DNA from: Pocillopora damicornis | Lineage: Eukaryota | Assembly (NCBI RefSeq): GCF_003704095.1 | Contig: NW_020846357.1 | Coordinates: forward strand, 248,001-312,000 | Direction: 5' to 3' | DNA length: 64,000 nt | In this document: one piece after another, positions 42,180-56,800 of the stretch | Layout of the letters: each line of letters starts with the position of its first letter | Numbering within the stretch: the stretch's first letter is position 1 | Made by a program: the position numbers and the translations under genes | Notes under the pieces: model-generated | Told to the model about the DNA's origin: nothing | Seen by the model: the letters and a program-made list of their open reading frames with translations, nothing else | Databases searched by the model: none

Positions 42180-45100
42180 TTAAATCTTCGTTTCTAGAAA
42201 GTCTTCACTACTTCTATCACTTGCAGACAAAATTGCTACGGTACAAGCTGCATTCCGTCTTTTCTTTGGCAGCTCCGGTGACTCATAACACGGATGAGTT
42301 GTTGTTCTATTTCGGTGGGCAGTCATATCTTCATCTAAATGTTTAAGACAGGGTCCATTACTAAAAATTGCCTTTTTCCCTGAGAAAGGTGACCCATTCT
42401 GCTTGGAAAAAATCTGCTTACGATCAGCACTAAAAGTGTCAGATTTTAGTTCATTTTCATTATCTTCCTTTGAGGTTCCATTATAAGAGTCTCTATCATC
42501 TTGTGGCATTGCGCAGAGAAGAGAATCTGATAGAGATTTTCGTTTTTTAAGTGGAGTTTCCACAGAGGATAAGTAATTGCTATTTGACTCTTGCGAAGAT
42601 CTATTGCCAGAGTCCACGGAAGGCCTTTTAATACATGAAGATTTAACATCCCCGTTTGCGATGATCTGGCCTCTTGAATCATCTTGTCGTGGTTTCCCAA
42701 AATTACTTCCCTCTAAAAACCACTTTGCTCGAATATTGTCTTCTCCAGAACCTGTCACTGGAACCAATGGATCGAATTCCCTCTGTATTGTACTGTTTAC
42801 TTGTTCGTCGCTGCTAAGGTGAGTGGGGGAATATCCCGAGCTCTCGGTATTGGGATGTGGGGAGGATTCCTGAGTTTGTTCCACCTCTAATGGTGTCAGT
42901 TGAGTGTTTTCTGGTACTTGACTATCATTACTACACCCTCCATGTGCAGCACTCCTCTCAGCACGTGACAGTTTTTCGGATGTCTCATCTTGCTTCTGCA
43001 TATCTCTGCTCTCTTCATCCGGGACAGCGCTCACTTTTCGTGGCATAAGTGTCCCGGATGTTCGGCGAGGTCGCCTTCTAGGAAGACCTTGGAAGTTTAC
43101 TGCTTTGTTATTGTCTCCAAACCCTGGATTAGAAAACAAAGAAAGCATGCTGAAGCTAAGAAATTAACCTCAAATAATTGACAGACGGACCGAGGAACGG
43201 ATCGACCAAAAGATTTATAGGGGATTCAGTGACACACTGAGTGACTGTTTGACGTGACTGACCGACCAAACACAACTGACCGACAACTGACCGACAACTG
43301 ATCGACCTATCAACCTCAGCTGACTGAAAACTGACGACCGACCAACGACAACTGACCGACCGCTGACTGACCTACCAACCCTAGCTGACCGTCAACTGAC
43401 TGATCAACCACCCCCAACTGACCGTCAGCTGACTGACCAACCAACCCCACCTGACTGTCAACTGACTGGCCAATCAACCCCACCCGACTGTCAGCTGACT
43501 AACCAACCAACCATAGCTGACCGTCAACTGATTGGACAACCAAACCAAGCTGACAGTCAACTGACTGACCTACCAAACCCAGCTGGCTGTCAACTGACTG
43601 ACTTACCAACCCCATTTGACTGACAGCTGACTGACCAATCAACACTAAATGACTGTCAGCGGACTGACCAATCAACCTCACCCGACTGCCAACTGACTGA
43701 CCAACCAACCCCACCTGACTGTCAACTGACTGACCAACTAAGCCCAGCTTGCCGTCAACTGACTGACCTACCAACCCCACCCGACTGTCAGCTGACTGAC
43801 ACGGTATTTACATAATCATTATTTTGTCCTTACCTCTCGGGTGCAGTTGGGGACTTGGTTTCAGTAATGGAGATGATACACTTCTTTCGTCTTCATCTGC
43901 TGTCAGAAGATCTACATCTGACTCATGTATAGTTCTAGCTGTGGCTCTGCGCAGCTCAAGGAGTGGGCTGTGGGGCATCGAGGATCTGAGCGATGTTCGC
44001 TCTGTCATACAGCTCATCTCCACATCCACGTGGTTCGGTAAAGCACAAGACTTCTTCTTTCTCCGCGAGCTCAGTTCCTGATGCTTTGTTAGTAGACCCG
44101 GGACGCCCCCAAGGACAAGTCGATGCTGCTTGACTGGAAGCTTGAGCCTCGCTTGGGCATGCGCGTAGTACAAGTTGAAGTTACTACCGATGACCGAAAT
44201 CGGCAGAGCAACGATCAACACACCACAAACTGCGCAGGCGCCTCCGATGATTTTGCCCGGCCAGGTTTGCGGGGTGAGATCACCATATCCCACAGTTGTC
44301 ATGGTAATAAGGCACCACCAAAAGGATTGTGGAACTGAGTTAAAGTGTGACTTTTTGTCCAGTATGATTTCAATATAGTACACGATGCTGGAGAACATGA
44401 CCACTGGGATCAAGAGCATGAGAAGAAGAAGAACCAGTTCGTGGGAACTGGCCTTCAGAGTGTGGATCATAATTTGGAGACCATAAGACAGCTTTACAAA
44501 TCTGCAATTAAACAGGTCAAATCAAATCACATCACCCGTATCTTAAGGAGTTTATTGATAAGGCAATGATATTATAGGTTGTCTCTGCTAAAGGGTACAA
44601 GGTTATTGACATACCTGAATAGTCGCATTACTCGAATGACCAAGAACATTTTCACTTTTTCGTCCTCCGTCAGAAACGAGACATAAAATGGCAAAATCGA
44701 TATCAGATCAATCCAATTCATAGGTCTCTTGAAGAAAAAAAGCTTGGAGGGGCAAAATATGACTCTCATTAGAAACTCTAAAGTAAAAAAACTGCTGCAG
44801 ACAATTTCGAGAACAGACAATCCATCACGTCTGCCTAAGATCTCATCGTCTAATCGAATTCCTGGTAACGTGGAGACACAGAATGCAGCAATTGACAAAC
44901 TGATGAAGAAGCAGGAGAGATATGAGACGATCTGTTGAGAGAAAGTGGAAAAAATGGACATGAAAAATGAATGTTTGCCATCATATTACAATATTTGTTG
45001 CATTGTTGATCCTATTAGAGTTATCGCACTAGAGCAGCGATTCATTTAAAGATAAAATGAGCAACATGTGCTGCGCCGCAGATGATTATGTTTATCTCCG

Positions 45101-47883
45101 TACCATTTGATGCAGAGAAAAGTATAATTCACTCTCTGAGACAAAATGCAGTAATTTTTCATCATAATGTCGTAAATTTTCAACCTCAATTGCACAAGAA
45201 TTTTAGCACAAAATTTTTTATAACTTCGAAGCAAAAATATAACAAAATTTCGACGCTAAATGTGGTAAATTTTCAAAGTGAAACGTGGTGATTTTTATAT
45301 AAAAAAAATGAAGTAATTTTTTTGCACAAAAAACAGGAAATTCCCAACTCAAAAATTGGGAAACGTTATATTGCAGAATGTGGCGACTGTTCCAAATGTT
45401 GTATCTTTGCGGTACAGAAAGAAGTAGATTTTCAGAAGGAAACGTGGAACAAGGGATGTTTTTACCGACGCATAATGCAGCAAAACAGACGACATGCGAC
45501 ATTTATAATACCATGTTACGAGAAGCATGCTGGGCACCTGCACTCCCACGCGTTTACAGCAAGCATGCGCTATAGAGTTTCCCTAGTAGTGACATCATAA
45601 GTATATAATTCAATTTTTATAGCTTACACTACAGAATTCTTCCTTCAAAGTGGGGTTTTAGGTACTAAACTCTTCTTTGCATGAATCTACTCTGTCTTTG
45701 CAGTTTTTGTCTATTTGTGGGTAGTAAAGAATCATCAGAAAAATCGATAGGGGAACACTGAAAATTTAAAAAGAAAAAAATGGCTGTAAAAGCAGAAATT
45801 TTTGGTACTTTCTATGAAATTTGTTTTATTTGCGAGGTTTCTCTTTATGTTACTTAGAGGAAACTCGAAATTCTAGATCTGAGTAAAATACAAGAAAGGC
45901 ACTGAATCGAATTCTAAATATGCGTTTTCGGAATATGAAATGTTTCTGTATTTTTGTTCGCTGCCGTTTTCCCTTGAAACCATGGTTATCAGAATATCAA
46001 TCAAAATTAAACAAACAAAAATTTAAGAAGAAACAGCATAATTTCCTTCCCTAAGAACACTGAATTTACGCTTTCCTAAAAGGAAGGACAAAAGATCGCT
46101 AAGCAATGTGTCAACAGTAAAAAAAAACCAGCATAATGCAATTAATAACCATGATTATTTCAGGTGACGTCATAAACACCTGTCAGTCATCGTGTTCTTA
46201 TTGGTTGAAATAATTTCTCCAAATCATGAATTAATTACTGCTTGTTAGTTAGTGCGAAATGTAACCTGAAGTTAGGGTGTTTCGCGAAGTTCCCCTCTTT
46301 ACAATATATTGTCCTAAATTTAACAACAAAGAAAAGTAGATGCGTAAACATATATTCGGACGATCGATAGGGGTTTGGTAGAGTTTATTTTTTATGATTT
46401 GTCCGAGCGCTTTTTTTGGTTGTTGTTGAGACAGTTGATTTTAGGCCGTTTCTCTCTCTTTATGCTATCTTACGAGTACAAAACATAGGTTGTTATTATA
46501 TTTCTTGAGCAGTTTTTTCTGACAATATAAAACGTAAGCTTTTGGAATGCGGATATCGTTTGCTTGAAAGAAAATATTTCTTTAATTTTCTCTCCTTTGC
46601 TTTATAATCCTAAAGTGTAAAAAAAATATTTATTCATTTCCACAGTGAAAGTGGCTTTTCGCGCGCTTAAGTGCCAGTCGATTTCCTTTCTTTGCTCTGC
46701 TGTAAATTACGCAAATATCGCTACACGGAAACGTTTCTATCACTTATGGTCATGAATTTATTAGAAGAAGCAAAAACGAAGAAGAAAGAAAAATTTTTGA
46801 TGCCTCAAGCCAGATTGACTGGTCAGGAAAAGACAATTAATAATCGTGCTCGTCGCTAGCAGTTTATGCATAAATAATTAAAAACTAAAAGTTTCAAAAC
46901 AACATCGCCAATGGCTGTGTATGTTTTGTAATCTCGTTAACAAACTTTGTTCCTCTCGGGTCACTTTTAAAACAAAAGTAGCCTTGAAACTAGAAAATAT
47001 CGGGCAAGAAATGAGTACAACTAAAAAAAAATAAATTGTGTAACGATTCTAGAGAACCGATGTTGACCTTTCCCTAAAATAATGTGCAACAGCTATTAAA
47101 TGAGGCAACCTGTCTCGCTGTAGTTTTTACAACACGAAGGCTGTATCTTGACAGACAAATTCAAACCCGAGTGATGGTTTCAATTGAATTGATCATGAAC
47201 TACATGTTTTCATTTCCGAAAAGTCTGTAAGGTTTTATCAAAACTACTAAGTCAATTTTATTTTACCGCAAAGTCGCCGCTCCGTAACAACAGGTCATTA
47301 AAGAAATAAACTGCTAACACACTGAAAATCTTTTAAAATAATTATTTCATACCTTTGCCAGCTTAGATGAATGAGGTTCATCCAAAATATTCCAAATTTT
47401 AGGCTGTATTCTTTTCCAAAAGTTATCTTTCTTCTCATCGATGCCAGATATGTCAGAAGAGGATCTCTCAAGGTCATTACTTTTCAGGTGCTCGAAGTCG
47501 GGGCCAACAAAGGCTTTCAAATTTTCTTCGGCTTCTCGATGCTTTGTATATGTGGTCCAGCAACAAGGTTCCATTTGTTTTTCGTCAATTCCCCAAAAAC
47601 AAAGTTCTTCTTCGAACATGGGTCCGCACATATCTGTTGGATAATGTAGTTTGCCGGTACGATAGTAATTCAAAATTTGCGTAAATGCACCCGGATGGCG
47701 ATCATAAAAATATTCTCGTTTTCCAGAGCTTTCCGTATCATGATTCTCCGCTATCCAGTAAAGTCTGGTATCAGGAATATTCTTGAGTGTAGAGACATGA
47801 GTCTCGTGTCGAAATCCTCCGACGTTGATGAAAATTCGGGATCTGTCGGACCCGTCAAACTGCGAGCCTCCTCCAAAATCCAT
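42180..47883 (-). CDS. Shaw/Kv3-family voltage-gated K+ channel subunit 1 (probable regulatory subunit), about 819 aa, 4 coding exons
   Basis: Exons 47883-47353, 44931-44615, 44501-43834, 43123-42180 (2460 nt). T1 domain RIFINVGGFRHET...YFYDRHP..F.QILNYYRTGKLHYPTDMCGPMFEEELCFWG...EPCCW with the HX5CX20CC Zn motif; S4 IRVMRLFRFVK; pore WWCLITMTTVGYGD; S6 ALPISVIGSNFNLYY; HAQARLKLP. Confidence 0.92.
43255..43800. repeat. 33-bp minisatellite (about 13 units), preceded by 11-12-bp proto-units, in Shaw-1 intron 3
   Basis: Unit approximately actgactgaccaaccaaccccacctgactgtca over ~43360-43800; caactgaccga-type units at 43255-43360. Confidence 0.9.
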
Positions 47884-50800
47884 CTTGAAATACTGCTACG
47901 TTTAACAGTTCGCGGTTTCTAGCGATGTTGATGAAGTGGCTCAATTAAACAACGGATTTATTTCATAAATCAAAGATATTTTGTAGTTAATCAGTTGCGA
48001 AGATGATTTTCCGAGTCCTTGAGTTAAATCAGTCGAATACTAGAGTCGAGATGCCTTTTTCGAGCTAACACCCTGTAGGAGAACAGATTAAAAACATCAC
48101 TTTCATGGCGGTTCTATTTGCACAAGCACACGGGCAGGTGATATTAGCAAAGCACCAAAGCAGATCCTCACGTTGATAATTTCATTAGCGATGAGAGATT
48201 TGGGGAGGAAGTTATGAATTTATCAAGCAACTTCCAGAAATCTTTTTGCCATAGCCTAACAAAAAGGTCAAACAACGACGAGGTATTTTGATCATCTCGA
48301 TTGTACCTTTTTCTGCTAAACGCAACATTTCAAATGAGTTCACAGCCAGGCAAATATTGGGTCGAAGAAATGGTGTTTAGACAATGGATTGTTTACAAAT
48401 TGCTACTATAGAATCAAAACCAGTTGAAATCTCCGACTGTTCGTGCTATTAGCGAAGATAAAATAGAGACGCGAAGGCCAGCCGAGTTTAGTACCTGGAA
48501 CCTTCAAACACAGTAAATAAGTTCCGCAACAATAAGACAAATTCTAGTCGCTGACACTTTTACGATACCTTCTTAACCTTGCGGTGCGTTTTGAAAATTT
48601 CCTTTCAAAACGTAATTCGCTCGATGTTGGTCGTTCTACCCTTTATCTGCCACTGCTTACAACGCGAAGCCCGATAGCTGTTAGAAAAACAAATTCTGTG
48701 GACATTTCTCGGAGGGCGTGAAGACGTCTGTAAACTAAATATCTCAATGAACGAAAATCCCTTCGGCTTTAGCACTGCATAAAAGGCAACAATGAATTTC
48801 TCAACCACGTTAATTAAGGCGTACACCTGACCAAAAGTACTAAAACTATTGAACTAAAAACTTGTAATAGCTACCCGTGCTTTCAACGCATAAATTTTAT
48901 TTTTACTCGCTTTTAGCTTGAATGTAATGTAGCAAAAAGACCTTTCTATGCACTGACACATTTTCTCGGTTTATTTACCTAAAATGCGAAGAAAAATTAA
49001 TTAGATATATTCATCCCTTTATAAAACTGCTTAAATTGGCGCAAATTGCGTTGGCAAGGAACTTTAGACACAAAGCCACGAAGATGAAAAGTTTGACAGT
49101 GCATTAAAAATTCTCCCCTAATTATGGGACAGCTAAAAGTACATCTCCTGTACATGCACCATTTCGATAATTAAAAAACCTCATTAAGTTTCAAGAACAT
49201 TTACGGACAATTTGAGGTCCAAACTGTCATACAGTGGGAAATGTAAAACCATATTAGGCCCACACTACAGCTTTAGAACCGCGACAAATGACAATGATAA
49301 TTTTTAGAGTTTATACAATTATGTAATTGCAAAACTCACTTTAGCTTTCAGGTAATAAGACAAAACAAAAACAAAAAAGAAAACAAAATGACTCTCTATT
49401 TAGATTAAAAAAAATTCACAGTTTTATGAATTCAAGTTTGAACCGGCGCATTCGCTTTGCTTCCATAAGGGACGAACAGGCAGCTTGTTCAAAAGCTGTG
49501 TTTACCTAATGAATGTAGTGGCTTAGAGAGAATGACAATATAATTGAATGCTCCACACATGATCACGTATTACGGGATTTTTCTTAGCTTTGTAGCGGAT
49601 CAGGCTGATATCTGCTCATCTCATTCTGATATCATATATTATATTATATTCTCATATTTTATCGTATAAAATGTGTAGAATGGTGAACCCCTGCTGAGAT
49701 GCAAGTTGTAGCCCTCAAGCTCAATAAACATAAAAAAACAACAACAAAAAGCGAATTCTGCCTTTTTTTTTAGAAAAATATAAATCCTCACTTTTTCCCG
49801 ATCGAGGTGAAAATTCAACCAAAAAACAGTCACTTACATTTTCGCCAGTTTCCCTTGAGGCAAATTTAAAAGTATTCCGTGCATAAAGTAATAATTCCTC
49901 AAGACACATCATTGATTTAAATGTAGAATAAAGATGCTTTGTTTGTCATCTGTGTTTTAGACAAACGACTCAAACTGTGTCTGTTTGTTGTTCTTAATTT
50001 TCATAAAAGTGTAACCGAAACGTGATCACGCGTGATCTCGTTAACGTATCCAACAGGAAATAGATGACGTCAGATGATTAAAACATATCAATTTCTTTGA
50101 GTCACTGGTTTATCTTCCTTTGCTAAAATTTTATTGGCTACCTTAAGTAACCAAATCCTTAAGTTGTTTACTTTGAAGACTTCGGTAACCGTCAAACTGA
50201 CAACAATAGTTCTTATCAGCAAATTCGTGCCTGAAAAAAACAACCGATTGGCCATTAATATTTTGAAATGTGTTCGAAACTTCCTACTTCAAAGTCGCAG
50301 AATAACTTTTAAACATGGATGGTTCGTGAGTACATTTCTTCGAAAAACTTCAAGGATTTGAACGAAGATAAACATCATGACTTTCTTCAAGAATAAGGAG
50401 TCAAAATCAAGCTTTTGAACACTTGTCCATGTGTTAGTTCTTTCAATTTCTAATGAGATATATCTTATTACATTTGAGTTAGGTACTTTCCTTCGTGAAA
50501 AACACTTTCTTCAGTTAAAATAGTATACTTGAAACTACTGAGTAGTTATTTCATGTTTTCGCTTGTAGAATGTTGATTGCGTGTTGTTAATTTTCTTTGA
50601 ATCTCCTTTCGGTTAGCATTCAATTGTTTGTTAAAGTAACTCTATAATAGCTCAAATCAATTTGCTTTCCCTCGAAAAGAATAAAATTTCAGTGATCACA
50701 CAAGTATTTAACTTGTTCCAAATTTGTGGTCGTGCCGATTGAAAGTTTATGTACATATCCTATTACATTTGATAAATGGTATTGCAAAAACTAAACAGCT

Positions 50801-53800
50801 CACCTAGAAATAGGATTATTAAATTTTTTAAAGAACAGTTAAAACTACTTTATCCTATCAAAACACTCGATTCAAACATCCTTTTATGTGTTAGAGATTT
50901 GAAAATAGAAAAGTTATCATGCTGCTTATCAAATTTTACACTCCTACCCAGACCGCTCACGGCCCAACAGTTTTCCGTTTTCGAAACGACAGAGACTAGT
51001 AGGAACCTTCAAAGTGACAACCAAAAAAGGCAATTAGCCGCTCTATAGCAGCTTTGGACATTTGAGATAGTTTCTCAGTATTAAATGAAAGAGATCTGTT
51101 TCGCAGTGGAGTTCCTCAGCTCCCTAGTTCCACAGTTCCTCAGTTACACCTTCAAGGAACGACACAGAAACAATTTAAAACTCTATGCAGGCTGCAGGAA
51201 GGCTTTTGAGGGGCCTAAATAGCCTACACTTAAGGTAGTGTATCTACAAAATATCAGATATGCTTTACAAAGAGTCATGCTTATGGGCATTTTTAAATGT
51301 GTATTCAAAATACGTTTTCATAAAATTTTTTAGACCCGTTACCAACATGAATATGCGAATAAGATATGACTTTTCCTTTAGTTAATGATAATACTGAGTT
51401 TTTAACAGTTCCTACCAAAGTGAACTACTTTATCAAGGAATGAATTATTTAGGCAGTCATGCTGTATGACATACGTCAGGGAACATTATTTCTGCTTTGA
51501 ACAGAAAAATCTATAAACAGAATCTTAAACTTTAAACGGCCTTCATACTAGTAAGTCGGCATCAATTTTTACGAAATGCCCCGCGCTCTGATGAAAACTT
51601 TTAAATGGTTAGTCTGACCTGTTTTCATTGAAAAATTTTTTCATCGTGTGTTTTCGGCACACACAGTCAGAAAAGGCAATCTATAATTTCGAAATTTGTA
51701 AACGATGCTCCTGCGCCCAGACATATTTTTTCCGCTGAGTCTAGATTTATAATCTAGCCATTATGCAAAAAAAGGTGCTACACATTTTGAAAACACTTTC
51801 ATTGTTTTGACATTTAAGAGCTTTTAAAAACAACAGCTACCTTTTTATGTAAATTTCTGTTTGCCCTGACCTTCGCATATAAAATTTTTAAACTGTTTCC
51901 AAATTATAATATTCTTTTTCGGAGGAAAGCACATTTATCCTTATTCATGTCGTGTGCAGTCTTTTTTATGTGCTTTGTTAAGATTCATATTTCATAGAGC
52001 AAAGAAAAAATAGATTGGTTAAAGAAATCGGTGAATTAAACGAAAAAACTAAATTATCTGACGTTTCCTAACAGTTGCACTGTAAACGATTTAAGTAACT
52101 CAATGATTGCCTATGAACGCTTTATGCATGTAGCTTTGTAGACAGGCGTTTTCTACATTTACTGAGGGTAATATATTTTGGGGCGTGTAATGTAATTGCA
52201 AGACCTTAAGACTTAAGCCTGATATTTTAAGTGCAGAGAATCTGCTCGAGGTGTTTTGAATAAAACTTCATTTCCACTCTAAGTTTCCGTCGTTTATAAA
52301 CTCACAATGTAAAGTATGCTCTTATTTTGGCTCCGGTTTTGCCATCGATGTTGATAAAAACACGTTAGTAATTGATATGAATTTTTTCTTTCTTAGCAGA
52401 ATTTGAAGACAGTTTCTATTAAATTTCTACGTACAGTTCAATTCGAGAAACTTAATCGTAAGCGACCCTCTGCCTCATCTAATGGTTAAATACATGGAGG
52501 GTTTTTTTTGAAAAAGGGACTATAGCCGATGAGAACGAGTTTTAATGCAGCATCGCGAAAAGCCTTCCATAATAAACAAACTTACCAATTTTCCGCAATC
52601 GATACTATGTCAGCTCACAGTTATCGTTCGATTTGGAACAGGATGCAACAGATATTACAAAACATCGACGATATTGGACAGGAAAGTTAATAACTTACCA
52701 TGGAAATAAAAAAAGCAATCAGTTTACTTCACGAAACAAGAATTACTCTCGTGTCGGCGAGGTGGCTTAGGCGACGGGCAACACACAGAGATCATTTGAA
52801 TTTGAATAGGAAGGTTTCTACGTAAATTGATCGCCAATATTTTTTTCAGTAAGGCCATAAGGCATTCTTGATACTCTCATTGCAAAAACAATGGAAAAAA
52901 GACATCAAAAGAGGCGCTCACCTTTAATTGAAAACGAATGTATTAGATACACTAAAAATAAAGTCATGTTTGAGTTTACGATTGAAAATGCTCACGATAC
53001 AATATTGTTTCAGCATTGTCTTGACATTAGCTAATATAAAATTCGGCTTTTATTCCATAGCTGTGTCAACAACATGCAAAAATGTTTGAATTTCGGAGTC
53101 GATGTGAAACTGTGGTATAACAGACTTCTTAAATTATTTTTACTAATTAACATACAAAGTAGCTTGAATTTTTTGTTGTAAAAGAAACGAGATTTGACCG
53201 ACTTAACTAATAAAAGATTACGATTGCTGCCATTTTTCGATCATTTTGTCAGTTTCAGCCAGTATGCGTTACCCTCTACCGTAGGGAAAACTCGAAATCG
53301 CAAGGCTCCAAAACGAAATCGGGGAAGCGTGAGTGAATGTTCAGAAATACAACTATGAGTTTAAGGTGGCACTGTAATCAAATAACCTTTTTTCCTGGTT
53401 AGATAATCGCTACGAACACTTTAAAGAAAATGTTAGGCTTATGATTTCTTGCCAAAACCTAATTTTCTGATCTCAGTTAAAGAAATTGTAAGAATTCTCC
53501 TCTTCATTTGTCATGCTGCATTTAATCTTTCAAACGTGCAAAAAAAGTTCAAGGAATCTCTTAAGTGACTGGAATTTCATAAAGCTATCAAGTTCCTGTT
53601 TCTATATCATCAGCAGCTTCGTTATCATCTTCTTTCCATTTCTGTCATAATTTTTTGGAGTATATGTGACCATACAGATTTCTGTAAACTTCCGTACATA
53701 AAACTTACACAGATAAAATTTCAAAGTTGTTACAACGTTACGAAGCACTTGAGGAACGTCTCAAGGAAAATGTAACATGTTAGTTAGAATCAAAACAAAA

Positions 53801-56800
53801 CACACATGTGTTTCGAAATTACCGCAGTCGAAATTTGTGATAATTTTTTTAAGGAAGGCTAAATAATTATCATCAAAGACTTTTTCGATTATTTTTCATT
53901 TGCTCAACATTCTTTCGTTTGAAAGCTTTGCATCAAAGCAGTTCATGAAATAGTTTGCATCCCGTTCTTTAAATGAAATAAAACATGAAAGCTTATTGGT
54001 TTTTAGAGACAATTGTTCCCAAGTCTGCGTAAACAACACTACATGGAAAATTGGCTTCCATCGTTCAAAGTCATTGGCAATTATAAGATTTTTTTTTAAC
54101 CTCGCAGAGTTTCCAATTTAGAAGGTTGTCTTTCATTATTGACATATGCAATTTAAAAATTAATTTAAATTTCTGACATTTTAATATGCCTTTGAACTTC
54201 AATTCAATCGTCGACCAAGATACAAGTACGAATTTGTAATGCTAAGCAACACTGTACAATCTGTAATTCGAAATAGCTTTCCTATCACTCGAATTATTTT
54301 CATTTTAATTTTTTTCACGACGAAAGGTGTCGACAATTCATCAACCTGAAATACAATGGTATATCTTAAATTTGTATATGTACCCCACGATTCATCTCGC
54401 TACAAAGGATGGGGTCGAACAATTTCAACATCTTATTCAATGCTTCTTCCTAAGCAAAAAGAACTTAATATTTGCTGGTGTACAAAATTCAGACTTTGCA
54501 AATCATTGTGATTCAGAATCATACTCAGATTTAAACAGAATGTTCAAACAAATTACCAGTTTTTTGTAAGCTTAAGGTATTGTTTTAACAGCGAGTAGTA
54601 TTATTAAAGAGCAAACAGCGATGGCTTCAGTCGAAAGTCAAGTTTTTATGAAAAGCACTTCACGTCTTGAAAAAAATCAAATTTGCAGTAATGGCTTCAG
54701 AGTATCTACACTAAATATTTCTGATGTTGATGAAATCGTTGGTTGGTACAAAGGATGGTTTCATTTCAGTTGTGATACATTCAGCGTTATAATCTGCAAA
54801 TCGTTCAAAAGAAGTTTAAGACGATTCCTCGTATCCGATCGGCGGTGTATTCGGTAAATTGCTAAAACTTCAAAGCATTCTTGATAAAATTTTGACCTCA
54901 AACCTCTATTGGAAATTCTCTTAAGTCTCCATCAGTGATCACACTTCTTGATACTTTTGAATAATGATATTATATCCAATACACTTAAGGAAAAAGTTAC
55001 TCCAAATGATAAGATCGCAAACGAGCAGATGAAGAAAAATTTCCACCATTTTAAAAAACAGTGACTTCACATGAATAAACTTAGAGGTTGACCCTATGTC
55101 TAGATTTTTTTTCTCTTATGAAAGGATATTTCGGTACCTTTATCCTATTTGAGACTAAGTTATCCAGGGTTCTTTATCTTACCTTACTTGAAAGATAGAA
55201 GTTCTATCTTTTGCCAGAAATGCCGCAGTAAAGATGTGCATCAATTATTTATCTTTGCGAATAATATCCTTATGAAGACCAAAAAATTCATCACAAAAAA
55301 ACTGTAAAAACTGCATCTGTGCGGAATTGCGGTAGAAGACATAATGTTCTTTCATTAGCATATGGTGTCGGGGAAGTAATTTAGCTTGTCAGTTGTTAGA
55401 ACAGACAGGCAAGTGTCAACAAAAAGTGGAAATAGGATGTATATATCAATTGGTGTTCAGGCTAAAGGGCGAATATTATTGGAAATGTCGAAGAGCGAAA
55501 ATTGCAGTCTTGGTCAAGCTGGCCAAAGCTTTGTGACCATTAGCTTTTCGCAATGAACATACAATTGCTAATCTGAAATTTAGGACGTTTTTAAAGAATA
55601 TAAAAACCTGGATGATGTGATGTAGCAAGATTATCTATTTTTGTTCAGAATTAAAGATTTTAAAAGAAATGTCGTCCTGTTGTTGTAAATTTCAGACATC
55701 ACTTAGTTTTTCGAATTAGTTGAGAGTGGATAAAAGTAATAGAAAGAAGATTCAATCATCTTTAATGGTCATATTATTTATTTATTGATCTATACAAATA
55801 TCCAGAACACGACTTTTTAGTTTATTGACGAAGATTAATTTACTTGGAAGGCCTTTGTGCGTGTCAATTGTTTACACAGCAGGGGCAGGAGAAAAACATG
55901 AAATGAGGTTTTAATGAACCGAAAATGTGTCTAGAAATCCCAAACGAATAGTTTGTCAAATGTCCTATTGGCATAACCATGCCTCGTAAAGTTTTGGCAT
56001 GAGATAATTATGCTGACATCCGGCGTGCAAGAATTAAGGAGCTATAAAGAGCTATAAGGGATATTTCATAATATTGAAATCACAAAGACCAGGTTTTTTT
56101 CTTTCCCGCCCTTTGTGTAGAATCGAATTTCTAATTTCCTATCCAAAATGGCCCTTTTCCCTTCTGAAACTGTCATTATGGCTGGAAGATAAATGTACCA
56201 TGGAGGGTGCATGGCTGCCTCCTATGGCGAGTCTAGAGAACTAATAAAAGGGAAATTTAAAGTAAACATTATTCTTATATCTAACTGATTTAAAAAAGGG
56301 ATTTTAAAATTGTTTAGAATAAATTTGTATGATTTCATGCAAATGAATAAATGCACAGACAATACTCTTGATAAACCGCAGTGACGCTGTTGGGAAAACA
56401 CTCAGCATCAGTTTTGTTAAATAGAGACAGAAACTACCTCTGACAAAGAACCGTGAGCACTAGTTTGCTGGCCAGATGAACCCAAAAAAGATGGTTTTCA
56501 TCGGCGGGGGTTGAGCCTCTGCCTCGACGATAAATTATAGAAACAAAACACAGAGACTCATTCAATGAAAAGTAATTGTAGAAAAAATATAGTTATTTTG
56601 TCTGTGGCAAACTGTGACTTATGTGAAAACAAGGAGGTAATGATACACTGCGCGACAGAAAGGCGACTTAAGCAAACATTTCAAATGATAATCTTGTTGC
56701 AAAAAATTTCGTTGATTTTACTTCACTCGAAACTTAAGCATTCTTGTCGATATGTTTTCGTGTTTGCTTAATAAGTTCTATAACATGATAAAATTTGGTA

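Noticed and set aside
42180-43148. 322-aa ORF as an independent gene
   Set aside because: It splices in phase (aga g|gtaag ... ccag|gg) onto the Shaw-1 pore exon and is its C-terminal tail.
43499-43780. 93-aa ORF of GLVGQSVDSQ repeats as a protein-coding gene
   Set aside because: It lies in an intron, has no ATG start or evident splice sites, and is explained by the 33-bp unit.
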